From: Conexivisphaerales archaeon
Lineage (GTDB): Archaea > Thermoproteota > Nitrososphaeria > Conexivisphaerales > DTJL01
Length of the DNA: 64,000 nucleotides
Assembly (NCBI GenBank): GCA_049509455.1
Contig: JBEKZX010000001.1
Coordinates: forward strand, 99,110 to 163,109
Reading direction: 5' to 3'
The notes under the pieces were generated by a model. The model was not told the origin of the DNA and made no database searches. It was given only the letters and a program-made list of their open reading frames with translations. The position numbers were made by a program, and so were the translations under genes. Positions within the stretch are counted from its first letter, which is position 1; each line of letters begins with the position of its first letter. Shown in pieces: positions 55,391-64,000 of the stretch.

Positions 55391-56398
55391 TTGACAGATA
55401 GGCTGGCGCTCTATATGCAGGACAAGCACTCCATACGCGAGGAGATGTCCTTCGGTCGCTACGCCGAGAAGCACGGCTTCGAAGCCGTCTGGTTCGCAGA
55501 GTCTAGGCTCGTAAGAGATGCCATCGTGCCCATGGCCGCCGTGGCCGCCGTCACCAACAGGATAAAGGTGGCCAGCGGAGTCGTAAACAACTGGACCCGG
55601 AACGTGGGGATCATGGCCTCCACGTGCTCGACTCTCTACGACCTGGCCCCCCGGAGGGTGATATTGGGGGTGGGAGCCTGGTGGGACCCTCTGGCTTCCA
55701 AGGTGGGCATCCACCGTGACCGGCCCCTCGTCGCCATGAAGGAATACGTCACCGTCCTCAGGGAGCTTTTCAAGCTGAAGAACGTCTCTTTCCAGGGTGA
55801 TTTCGTCAAGGTGCAGGACATACAGCTCGACATCGTCTACGGCGACAAGAGCGTCAGGGAGATTCCGATCTACATAGGCGCCACGGGAATGAAGATGATG
55901 GAGCTCGCTGGCATGATCGCCGACGGCGTGGTCCTGAACTACCTCGTTTCGCCGAAGTACAACAACGAGGCCATGAAGCATCTCAAGGCGGGAGCTCGGA
56001 AGGCCCATCGCAAGATTGGGGATATCGACAGGCCGCAGCTGGTCGTGTGCTCGATGGACAAGGATGCCGACAGAGCACTGGACAACTCCAGGAGTCTCGT
56101 CACGATGTATGTCGGGCAGCAGCCTCACATCGCCAAGGCCAACGGAATCAAGGAGGAACTCGTCAAGGAGATTACCGACGCCCTGGGCGGATGGCCTGCC
56201 AAGCCGGGAGGGCTGGAGAAGGCCAAGCACCTGGTGGACGACAAGATGGTCGACCTGCTCACGGCTTCCGGGACACCGGAGGACTGCCGCCAAAAGGTGA
56301 AGCAGTACATGGAAAGTGGCGCCACTTGTCCCATATTGTACCCCCTCGGCGACGATGTGCAGCTAATGATCCGTGAGATGGCGAAGGGCCATTTCTGA
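55391..56398 (+). CDS. LLM-class (Mer-like, probably F420-dependent) oxidoreductase
   Basis: GFEAVWFAE, GVVNNWTRN, PIYIGATG, ADGV. Confidence 0.88.
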   Translation: MTDRLALYMQDKHSIREEMSFGRYAEKHGFEAVWFAESRLVRDAIVPMAAVAAVTNRIKVASGVVNNWTRNVGIMASTCSTLYDLAPRRVILGVGAWWDPLASKVGIHRDRPLVAMKEYVTVLRELFKLKNVSFQGDFVKVQDIQLDIVYGDKSVREIPIYIGATGMKMMELAGMIADGVVLNYLVSPKYNNEAMKHLKAGARKAHRKIGDIDRPQLVVCSMDKDADRALDNSRSLVTMYVGQQPHIAKANGIKEELVKEITDALGGWPAKPGGLEKAKHLVDDKMVDLLTASGTPEDCRQKVKQYMESGATCPILYPLGDDVQLMIREMAKGHF

Positions 56399-56532
56399 TC
56401 GCGCCAGACCTTGGCGACATCGCAGGCAAATCCCCTAGGGCCCAGCTGGACGACCTCTCATCGACACAGCAGGTACCCAGCCTGGCGTAAGGCTTAACCA
56501 TAGGCCGCCATCAATAGCGAATCAGGGCAGAC

Positions 56533-58320
56533 TTGAGCGCGAAAGAGATTGCATGGGACCTGACCGGGATGTTCCCCAGCGCGACGCACCCCTCCGTCCA
56601 GGCCGCCATCGAAGACGCGTCGAAGACGGGGAGGAGCTTTGCTGAGAAGTACAGGAACAGGATCGGCGGCCTCCTCCCCTCGGACTTGGCAGGATGCCTC
56701 GCCGAGTTCGAGTCGATGGGGGCGAAGCTCTACGACCTGGACCTTTTTGCCTCGCTAACCTTCCAGGCAAACATGACCCTCCCCGAGACCCAGGCGCTCC
56801 ACGACAGGGTGAGCAAGCTCGTGGCCAACATCAACAAGGAGCTCGCATTCTTCGAAATCGAACTGGTTACGAGGGTTTCCAGAGAGCCAGGGATAGTGCG
56901 CGAGCAGGCCCTCAGGAACTACTCTCATTCGTTAGAGCGGCTAGGAAGGAGGGCGCCCCACCTGCTTGGCGAAGCAGAGGAGAAGCTAGTCATCGGCAAG
57001 GACCAGTTCGGAGTTAAGGCCTGGGAGGAGCTGCAAAACAGATGGCTCAACACCCGCGAATTCGAGGTGATAGTCGAGGGGTCAAAAAAAACCCTGACCT
57101 ATGGAGAAGCGAACGGCCTCCTCCATCACTATGATAGGGGCACGAGGGAGTCGGCGAACAGGTCTATCTACGGCACACTGGGTAAGTCGGGCGAGATATT
57201 CACATTCTCGCTGAGGAACATCTGCAACGACTGGGTGAGTATGTGCGAGACGCGGCGGTATGACTCCCCGATGCATCCCAGCCTCCTCGCCAACGATATC
57301 GAGCAGAAGACAATCGATGGAATGCTGAAGGCCGTGGAGGCGCACGTGGGACTCTATCGCAGCTACCTCAGGCTGAAGGCAAGGCTCATGGGGCAGCCCA
57401 AGCTGGGCTGCCACGACATCGTTGCTCCCTTACCTCGGGCCCCCGACCTGACGTATGATTACGAGATGGCTAGGGTGATGGTGACGAGGGCCTACACGAG
57501 GTTCGACCAGGACTATGCCTTCGCGGTCAGGGAGATGTTCGTACGGAGGCACATCGACGCCCCGCCCAGGTACGGAAAGTTGAACGGAGCCTTCTGCGCG
57601 CCGTGGCGGAACGGGAGATCCGCCTTCGTGCTATTGAGCTTCAACGGCCACCTCGACGACGTCTATACCCTAGCCCACGAGCTGGGTCACGCAACTCACG
57701 ACTATTACTATGAAATGAACCAGACACCCATGAACATGGAGGTGACGTCCGTGGTGGCCGAAACGGCCTCCATCTTCGGGGAGCTCCTGCTGACGGACTT
57801 CCTGCTGAGCGAGGCAAGGTCAGACGCGGAGAAGATGGCTGTGCTCTGCCACGTACTGGACGGCGCAGGGCAGGTGATCTTCCAGGTCACCGCCAGGGCT
57901 AGGTTTGAGGAGAGCCTCTATGACGCGATAAAACGCGGAGAATACCTCGACTTCGCCGGCATCTGCAAACGCTGGACCGCCACCAGGGATGCCATATTCG
58001 GCGACGAGGTCGTATGGTTCGATGAGCTAGCAGCGGAGTGGACCATGAAGCCCCACTACTATTTCGCAAACTACAGGTTCTACAACTACCCCTACGTGTA
58101 CGCCCAACTCTTCGTATACGCCGTCTACGAGAAGTACCTCCAGGAAGGGAAGGCCTTCGTCGACAAGTTCAAGAAGGCCCTGTCGGCGGGCAGCAGCGTC
58201 TCCCCCCTCGAGATAGGTGGGATCGTCGGGCTGGATGTCAACGCCGCCGACTTCTGGGATATGGGCTTCAGACGATTCGAACACTTCTTGAGCGAGCTAG
58301 AGAAGGTCGTGAAGGAGTAG
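56533..58320 (+). CDS. M3 family oligoendopeptidase F
   Basis: WDLT, GAFC, TLAHELGH, AETASIFGE, PHYY, FYNYPY. Confidence 0.94.
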   Translation: MSAKEIAWDLTGMFPSATHPSVQAAIEDASKTGRSFAEKYRNRIGGLLPSDLAGCLAEFESMGAKLYDLDLFASLTFQANMTLPETQALHDRVSKLVANINKELAFFEIELVTRVSREPGIVREQALRNYSHSLERLGRRAPHLLGEAEEKLVIGKDQFGVKAWEELQNRWLNTREFEVIVEGSKKTLTYGEANGLLHHYDRGTRESANRSIYGTLGKSGEIFTFSLRNICNDWVSMCETRRYDSPMHPSLLANDIEQKTIDGMLKAVEAHVGLYRSYLRLKARLMGQPKLGCHDIVAPLPRAPDLTYDYEMARVMVTRAYTRFDQDYAFAVREMFVRRHIDAPPRYGKLNGAFCAPWRNGRSAFVLLSFNGHLDDVYTLAHELGHATHDYYYEMNQTPMNMEVTSVVAETASIFGELLLTDFLLSEARSDAEKMAVLCHVLDGAGQVIFQVTARARFEESLYDAIKRGEYLDFAGICKRWTATRDAIFGDEVVWFDELAAEWTMKPHYYFANYRFYNYPYVYAQLFVYAVYEKYLQEGKAFVDKFKKALSAGSSVSPLEIGGIVGLDVNAADFWDMGFRRFEHFLSELEKVVKE

Positions 58321-58361
58321 GGCCGGTCTGTCTTTGCCCTAGCGTCACTGGTGATATGGAA

Positions 58362-58681
58362 GGGCGGCAGCTCCCGCAGTTTTCCCGAGCCAACCACGGC
58401 TCCGGCGAGGTCCGCGAATCCCCCACGTGGGCCCAGCAGCGGCACTACCCCGACTTAGAGCTGCTCCCTCCCGGGCCTGACTCGTTTCGCCGGTTCAAGG
58501 GCGGAACCCTTCCTTCGAAGGGCCCTTCCCCCTTCGTAACGACCCGCTGGGGCGCGGGTTCAGCTTCCGGTGCCTGCAGGAAACAGGGGCCGAACAGGGT
58601 TCGCCTACGGGTTACTGGCTCCTGCGTGTAGCCGGTTTCAGGTACGGGGGACGGCTGGCCCCCCAACCCTACCTACCGCCC
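58362..58681 (-). ncRNA. Archaeal SRP (7S) RNA
   Basis: Helix-8 motif GTCAGGCCCGGGAGGGAGCAGC; ends pair (GGGCGGTAG/CTGCCGCCC); about 320 nt, intergenic. Confidence 0.92.
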
Positions 58682-58705
58682 AGACCTAGCAGGTCGTGAG
58701 GGTAA

Positions 58706-59629
58706 TTAAACAGTGGCAGATCTGACAGCGTCGAGCAGAGAGCAGACAGAGCAGGGGTCGCTGGTGCTGGGGAAGCCGCACTTGCTGCAGTTCGCTAAAT
58801 GAGGCTCCTCCACAATTGCCTTCTCCGAAAGCTCCAGTGCCGATTTCAGGAGGGTGTATTTCATGCCGGCATGCTTCTCCTCCATCTCATTCAGGCAGGC
58901 CCTCACGCTGGACCGGATCCCTTCGTCCCTGTAGGGACAGAGGATGGTCTGCAGGGGGATGCCGTTTCCGAAGGCGTAAAGCGCGATCTCCTTTTCATAG
59001 ATCTCCAAGAAGGGATGGACCCGGCGGACCCTGAAACCGTTTTCAGAGTCGCGAGATGCGTTCAGCCAGGCGATCCGCTTCAGGTCGCCGTTCAAGAGGT
59101 TGATTATAAAGGTCTGCACCATATCGTCCAGGTTGTGGCCTGTCGCTAGGACGGTGACGCCGGCCTTCGTCGCCGCGACGTCGATGGCCCTCCTGCGAAG
59201 GGTCCCGCAGATGGCGCAGGAAGATAGCTTGGTGCGCCTATCTTTCAGCGCTTCGTCTAGGGTGAAGCCGAAGAGCTCCTTGTACGAATAGAGGAGGTGA
59301 GGGACGCCCAGCTGTTCGGCGACCTCCTTGACATATGAAAGTGACTCTGCCCTGTAACCTTCGATCCCTTCGTCGATGGTGAGCGCCACCAACCGGCTGC
59401 CGTGGCCGGCGACGATCCGGGACAGCACCCTGAACAGGCTGAGGCTGTCCTTCCCCCCGGAGACGGCCACACCGATGAAGTCCGCGTGGCGGAACATGCC
59501 ATACTTGGCGATGGTCTTCTTCGCCTTGTCCTCGATGGAATCCGCGAAGCAGGACTTGCAGAGGGACTCTCCAGAATATGCCCTGCGGTAGAAGACGCCT
59601 TTTCCGCAAGTGTCGCATGTCGAAGACAT
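58706..59629 (-). CDS. tRNA 2-thiolation protein (TtuA/Ncs6/TIGR00269 family)
   Basis: CxxC fingers, SGGKDS, CAICG..RR, TGHNLDD, CPY. Confidence 0.92.
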   Translation of the reverse strand: MSSTCDTCGKGVFYRRAYSGESLCKSCFADSIEDKAKKTIAKYGMFRHADFIGVAVSGGKDSLSLFRVLSRIVAGHGSRLVALTIDEGIEGYRAESLSYVKEVAEQLGVPHLLYSYKELFGFTLDEALKDRRTKLSSCAICGTLRRRAIDVAATKAGVTVLATGHNLDDMVQTFIINLLNGDLKRIAWLNASRDSENGFRVRRVHPFLEIYEKEIALYAFGNGIPLQTILCPYRDEGIRSSVRACLNEMEEKHAGMKYTLLKSALELSEKAIVEEPHLANCSKCGFPSTSDPCSVCSLLDAVRSATV

Positions 59630-59636
59630 TGGGCTA

Positions 59637-60818
59637 TCAGAATGGCCTGAATCCTACTCTAAAAAGACTAGCGATAAGGTTGCCCGCAAAGAGGACAAGG
59701 ATGAAGACGTTGATAGCGTACCTAAGATACTTTGCGGCGTTGACCGGGAGGTATCGCTCCAGGTAGGAGTTCATGTATCCCTCTCCGTCGAAGGGGACCA
59801 TCGGCAGCATGTTGAAGGCTCCGACGACGGCCGAGAAATAGCCTAGCCACAGGAGGAAGGAGAAGATCCACACGGGCATGGTGGGCACGCTGAGGTAGGG
59901 CGGGTAGTACGTGTCGCCGTAGATACCCAGGGCTCCTCTAGAACTATTGTTGGGGTTCGCTATGGTGGTGACTTCCACGGTCTTCGTGACCCCCTTCGAC
60001 AGCACCCCCACCGTGATGGTCTGGTTGATGGGGAGCGTGAAGGCGGTAAGCTGGTCCAGGTCATGGACGGTGGTTCCGTTCACGGAGGTGATGGCGTCGC
60101 CCACGCTCACTCCTGTGAACTGCAGCCCAGTAGTCGAATAGAAGCCGGTGATGACGATGCCGGAGGCCGGACCGTAGAAGGCGGATCTGAATGGCGAAGG
60201 TAGCCAGTAGGCGAACGCGGGCTGGAAGATCAAGAGTGCCACTACGAGGGCAGCGAGGATTATGTTAGACCAGCTTCCCGCGGCCAAGACCCTCCTCCTC
60301 TTCTCCGGCGCCGCAGCCTTGAACTCCTTCTCGTCAGGCTCGACGAAGCCGGCTATGAGCACCGCGAAAAGGGCTATCCCCCCGCTTTTCAGGGAGATAC
60401 CTTCGTAGCGGGCGACGATCGCGTGAGAGAACTCATGAACGACGAGGATGATGGGTACGGCGGCGAAGAAGTAGATTAGGAGCTGCGAGGTCTGTATCGT
60501 AACGAATGGGATGACCAAGGTCACGGCCTGGAACTGAGAGGGAGCGAAGCTCAGTGTCAGGATATTGTTCAGGAAGAACCATATCGAATACGCTGCCAGG
60601 AAGACCCCTGCCACGACGCCGAGGCTCGCGAAGATGTTCACCGCCCTCCTGTGCGTCGCGAGCCGATCGAAGAAGGTATTGACGTTCCCCACCCTGAACA
60701 TGAGGTAAAAGGGCTGGACGTCAAGCCCCCTCTTCTTGAGGAACGGAATGCGACCAACCAGCAACAGGACTCCCCAAAAGATTAGGAACCCTATCAGAAG
60801 CTCGACGTAGTAATTCAA
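59637..60818 (-). CDS. Site-2 protease (M50) with PDZ domain
   Basis: HEFSH, AGSWSN, NMLPMVPFDG. Confidence 0.93.
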   Translation of the reverse strand: MNYYVELLIGFLIFWGVLLLVGRIPFLKKRGLDVQPFYLMFRVGNVNTFFDRLATHRRAVNIFASLGVVAGVFLAAYSIWFFLNNILTLSFAPSQFQAVTLVIPFVTIQTSQLLIYFFAAVPIILVVHEFSHAIVARYEGISLKSGGIALFAVLIAGFVEPDEKEFKAAAPEKRRRVLAAGSWSNIILAALVVALLIFQPAFAYWLPSPFRSAFYGPASGIVITGFYSTTGLQFTGVSVGDAITSVNGTTVHDLDQLTAFTLPINQTITVGVLSKGVTKTVEVTTIANPNNSSRGALGIYGDTYYPPYLSVPTMPVWIFSFLLWLGYFSAVVGAFNMLPMVPFDGEGYMNSYLERYLPVNAAKYLRYAINVFILVLFAGNLIASLFRVGFRPF

Positions 60819-60917
60819 GGGTCGTTCCTTTCACTGGGCTACACTATCGCTTCTATAAAGGCATCGTGAGCAGCATGGCTCGTAGGTGCTCATACCGATG
60901 GAAAGGCGTGAGGGTCG

Positions 60918-61177
60918 ATGAGCGGAGTTCCGTTAAAGGATTCGGGTCTTCAGGGCCTAACGGTCCTGCGCAAGAACACGGTCAACGGCGTCGCCAACTT
61001 CCTGAACGCCATCTTGGCCCAAATCACACAGCTCATCCTGCAGACATCGATAACTCTGGCCGCGGTGCTCGTCCTCACCGTTTCATCCTGTGCTTCCCTC
61101 ATTTGAACAGGAGGCTCGGCACGGACTTCCTCATCCTCTCCATTCTCCTCGCGATAGTGAACCAGATCTTTAGGTGA
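60918..61177 (+). pseudogene. Small membrane protein interrupted by a single frameshift (or sequence error)
   Basis: Coding-like frame 60918-~61080 continues in another frame as FILCFPHLNRRLGTDFLILSILL. Confidence 0.45.
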
Positions 61178-62237
61178 AGGAAGATATCGCGTACCTCAGC
61201 AGGGCGGCTGCGCCCCCCAGGCCGTCCACCTGACCACCTAGGAGGGTGGAGGAGTCCAGGAGGATGACCTCACCCGCCTTGGCCTCGACATCGTTGGCAA
61301 GGGCCACGATGGAGTCCTCTCCTTCCAGCCTGAACACCGCGTCGGAGATTAAGAGCGATTCGACGGCCCCCTGCGAGGCGGCCGCGCTGCAGGCGGCGAA
61401 GCCCATGGCCAGCCTACCGTCGCTCTTGGCCAGAAAGATCTTCGCGTCGTCAACGAGCTTCTGCACGTGACTGAACTCAGTGTCGGCGAGCAGCCCCCTG
61501 AAGGCGCTGTTGGCCAGAAGGAGGCGCACCCCATCCTCCCCCGCGAGGTCATAGCCTTCGAGGATCGAGGCCTTGGTCTGAAAGCCCGCGCTGGCGATGT
61601 AATTGTTAAATTGGTTCTTGAGGTTCCCCGGTCCCACGAATACCATTCGAGCGTCGGGCGACGCCTGTAAGACGGTCTTCACGAGGTCAGCGATGTTGCG
61701 GAAGTAGACCCGAGAGAGCTTATCGTGGTCCTGGGAATAGGCCTTCCCTGAGATGCCTGAGTCGATCACCCCGTAGAGCTTGAGGGTTACGCCCGTCAGC
61801 AGGCCGACACCAGCCTCCCTGGAGTCCAGGGCCACGATGATGACGCTCTCCACCTTGCCTCTCTTTGAGAGCATCCCCATCATCCAGCTTGGGTAGCCGT
61901 CACGCCACAAGGTGATTTCAGAAGCCGGCTCTATTTCCAACGAATGGTAGGAGCCGTGGGGGATGAGCTCGTTGTCCGACTCCACGATCTTGCCCTTGAT
62001 CCTCAGCCTTCCTAGGTCGTAGTCGTACTTCACGGACTCGACGTTCTCCTTCACCTTCACGCTCACTCGTCGACCCTTGTCGGGCCTCTGGAACTCTCCT
62101 TCGAGCTTCACCTCCCGTGTGGTCCAGGACTGGATTTGGTCGCCTCTGGAGATGATCCTGCGCAGGGTCCATATGTCCTGCGAATTAAGGGGTTTGAGGA
62201 ACAGCGCCTTCCTACCGTCGGCCCACCGGAAGAGCAA
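61170..62237 (-). CDS. pelA: Pelota mRNA surveillance protein
   Basis: DIWTL, T.R.VK, RLRIKG, GSYHSL, GISGK, GGAAALLRY. Confidence 0.9.
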   Translation of the reverse strand: MLFRWADGRKALFLKPLNSQDIWTLRRIISRGDQIQSWTTREVKLEGEFQRPDKGRRVSVKVKENVESVKYDYDLGRLRIKGKIVESDNELIPHGSYHSLEIEPASEITLWRDGYPSWMMGMLSKRGKVESVIIVALDSREAGVGLLTGVTLKLYGVIDSGISGKAYSQDHDKLSRVYFRNIADLVKTVLQASPDARMVFVGPGNLKNQFNNYIASAGFQTKASILEGYDLAGEDGVRLLLANSAFRGLLADTEFSHVQKLVDDAKIFLAKSDGRLAMGFAACSAAASQGAVESLLISDAVFRLEGEDSIVALANDVEAKAGEVILLDSSTLLGGQVDGLGGAAALLRYAISSFT

Positions 62238-62248
62238 TGTCCAACAGC

Positions 62249-63439
62249 TTATGCGAGCCCCACTGACGTGAAGGTTTCTATGGTCATCCCGTCAGGCTTC
62301 TTGATGGCGTCAGACACCTTGTAACCGATGATGATCGACACGCCAGCCTTGACGGATACGTCCACCAGCCTCTGGGTGACTATCCCATCGAACACGATGT
62401 CCTTTGCTCCCTTGAAGCCTTCTAGCGATGTCGCCAGTTCGCTCACGGGCAGGTGACCCAGCATGTTCAGCTCATCGTCGAGGATGAAGGCTTCCAGGCT
62501 GTCCTTGAGGTCCGGAAAGATCTCCTTCAGCTTGGCGCCCAGCTTCTCTGGCAGCTTGACCGTGGGCTTCGGAGCGACGGGCCTCGGAGCCGGAGCGGGC
62601 TGCTCTTCCTTTCTCTCTTCTCGTCGCTCCTCCCTCCTTTCCTCCTTCCTTGCCTGTAATATCTCCAGCAGCTCGACCGGAGTCAGATCTTCAACCTCTT
62701 TGCCCGGCGGCGCCCGGTAAACTCGGGAGACCTTCGCCACCTGCTGCAGCTCCTTCTGGATCAGGTCCCCTCCGCGATCCCCGTCCAGGAACGCTATGAG
62801 GTTACGCTCTTTGGCCAGCTTGATGACCGAATCAGGGATCTTCGCCCCTTCGACGGCCAGGGTGTTGTCGATGCCTGCTCTCAGAAGGTTGAGGACGTCG
62901 GCCCTCCCCTCCACCAGTATGACGGTCGGAGCGTTGAACATGCCGGGCCCGGCGGGCAGTCCTTCCGGTCCGTATGAAGCAATCCTGCCGGGCTTGGCAG
63001 CCTCAGTGACCTCCCTGATCAGTTCCTCCCCTTCGCTGGTGGACTTGGCCGACCACACCTTAAGGATCTCCTTGGCCCTGTCGCCGATAATCTTCCTCTT
63101 GGAAGCCCTCACGTCTTCAATCTCAGCTAGCTGGAACCTCGCGGTGCAGGGTCCGACCTTATCCACGCTCTCGACCGCGGCCGCCAGCAGGGCGGCGGTG
63201 GTGATGTCCGTGGAGGACGGAATCAGGACCTCTCCAAAGGTGTTGTCGTTCCTGGAATTCAGGCTGATTTCGATCCGCCCGATCTTCCAGTTCTTCTGCA
63301 GCTCGTTGAGGTTTAGCTCGGGTCCGAAAAGGCCCTCAGTCTGGCCAAAAATAGCACCAATGACGTCGGCCTTCTCTACCACTCCTTCGATGTTGAACTT
63401 CAGCCTTACCATATACTTGATAATGCTCGATTCCGGCAA
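62249..63439 (-). CDS. dnaG: Archaeal DnaG primase-like protein
   Basis: KADVIGAIFGQTEG, GRIE, VEGRADV, FLDGDRGG TOPRIM, KEVEDL. Confidence 0.96.
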   Translation of the reverse strand: MPESSIIKYMVRLKFNIEGVVEKADVIGAIFGQTEGLFGPELNLNELQKNWKIGRIEISLNSRNDNTFGEVLIPSSTDITTAALLAAAVESVDKVGPCTARFQLAEIEDVRASKRKIIGDRAKEILKVWSAKSTSEGEELIREVTEAAKPGRIASYGPEGLPAGPGMFNAPTVILVEGRADVLNLLRAGIDNTLAVEGAKIPDSVIKLAKERNLIAFLDGDRGGDLIQKELQQVAKVSRVYRAPPGKEVEDLTPVELLEILQARKEERREERREERKEEQPAPAPRPVAPKPTVKLPEKLGAKLKEIFPDLKDSLEAFILDDELNMLGHLPVSELATSLEGFKGAKDIVFDGIVTQRLVDVSVKAGVSIIIGYKVSDAIKKPDGMTIETFTSVGLA

Positions 63440-63809
63440 TTTCCCATGTCATCTCATTCTGTATCGGTTTAACGTGTTAAGCGTTAAGCGTTAACAGCTA
63501 GAGCTTCCCAGAGCGTGATAATAAACCTTTTTCAGCGATTGGCTAGATCCGGCGTCTCGAACTCCCCCTTCTTCGGTATCCGATTAACAGCCTTGAGTCG
63601 CTTCGCGCAATGGCTCTCCATGTCGAGCCTTCTCGTCGAAGCGCGATTCTCCCGCAGTCCCTTAGACGGCCATCCGATTCTTGTAGGGTGAAAGATGAAC
63701 GCAACCGCGAGGCCATCCGAACGTGCGACCGAACCTGTGTGCCCCACCTCCGGAAACGATACTTTAATATAGCGGGAGAGAAAGCCGTTACACCACGAGT
63801 GCATAAGGC

Positions 63810-64000
63810 ATGAGTTACGGAAACCGCAGTGGAGGATACGGGGGCGGAAGAAGCTACGGTAGCTTCGGCGGCCCGAGAAGCTTCGCACCCAAGCCAGTGA
63901 AGGCTGGCGAGGAATACGACGTAGAAATCACGGAGATCTCTAGGCGCGGCGACGGCATCGCCAAGATACAGGGATTCATCATCTTTGTAACTGGCGCGAA
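63810..64000 (+). CDS. TRAM-domain RNA-binding protein, truncated by window end
   Basis: Gly-rich N-terminus then PVKAGEEYDVEITEISRRGDGIAKIQGFIIFV. Confidence 0.92.
   Translation, partial: MSYGNRSGGYGGGRSYGSFGGPRSFAPKPVKAGEEYDVEITEISRRGDGIAKIQGFIIFVTGA

Noticed and set aside
63532-63888. 118-aa minus-strand ORF between dnaG and the TRAM gene
   Set aside because: Overlaps the TRAM gene and its promoter; no motif support.

Overview
GC-rich archaeal chromosome segment, most consistent with a TACK-group archaeon (lineage is inference). It is mostly core genome: the nop10-eIF2a-rps27e-rpl44e-gins-priS-pcna cluster, thermosome, PPDK, MetRS, AglB, Dpo4, Hef-like helicase, sufCBD-sufSU, pelota, DnaG, SRP RNA, tRNA-Leu(TAG) and a two-intron tRNA-Arg(CCT). 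An accessory stretch at about 2-11 kb contains a small island (4.4-8.05 kb) of DNA-binding-protein genes. In it, three GTAC-N6-GTAC sites precede an HTH/coiled-coil gene, which is followed by a decayed nuclease-like gene. The strongest leads are: (i) a small membrane protein that aligns by eye with the eukaryotic OST subunit OSTC/DC2, about 5 kb from an STT3-like AglB; (ii) the GTAC operator array and its island; (iii) a possible F420-linked oxidative pentose phosphate/RuMP route (bacterial-type Gnd, an FGD-like enzyme with altered active-site residues, a tandem-SIS isomerase, and a cyclase-family hydrolase as candidate lactonase); (iv) a P-loop-degenerate RecA-fold protein. Several pseudogene fragments are present (XPD, AcnX small subunit, Lrp, DUF72, alpha/beta hydrolase). 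No CRISPR array, rRNA, integrase or transposase was recognised. All family assignments come from motif recognition by eye; no searches were run.
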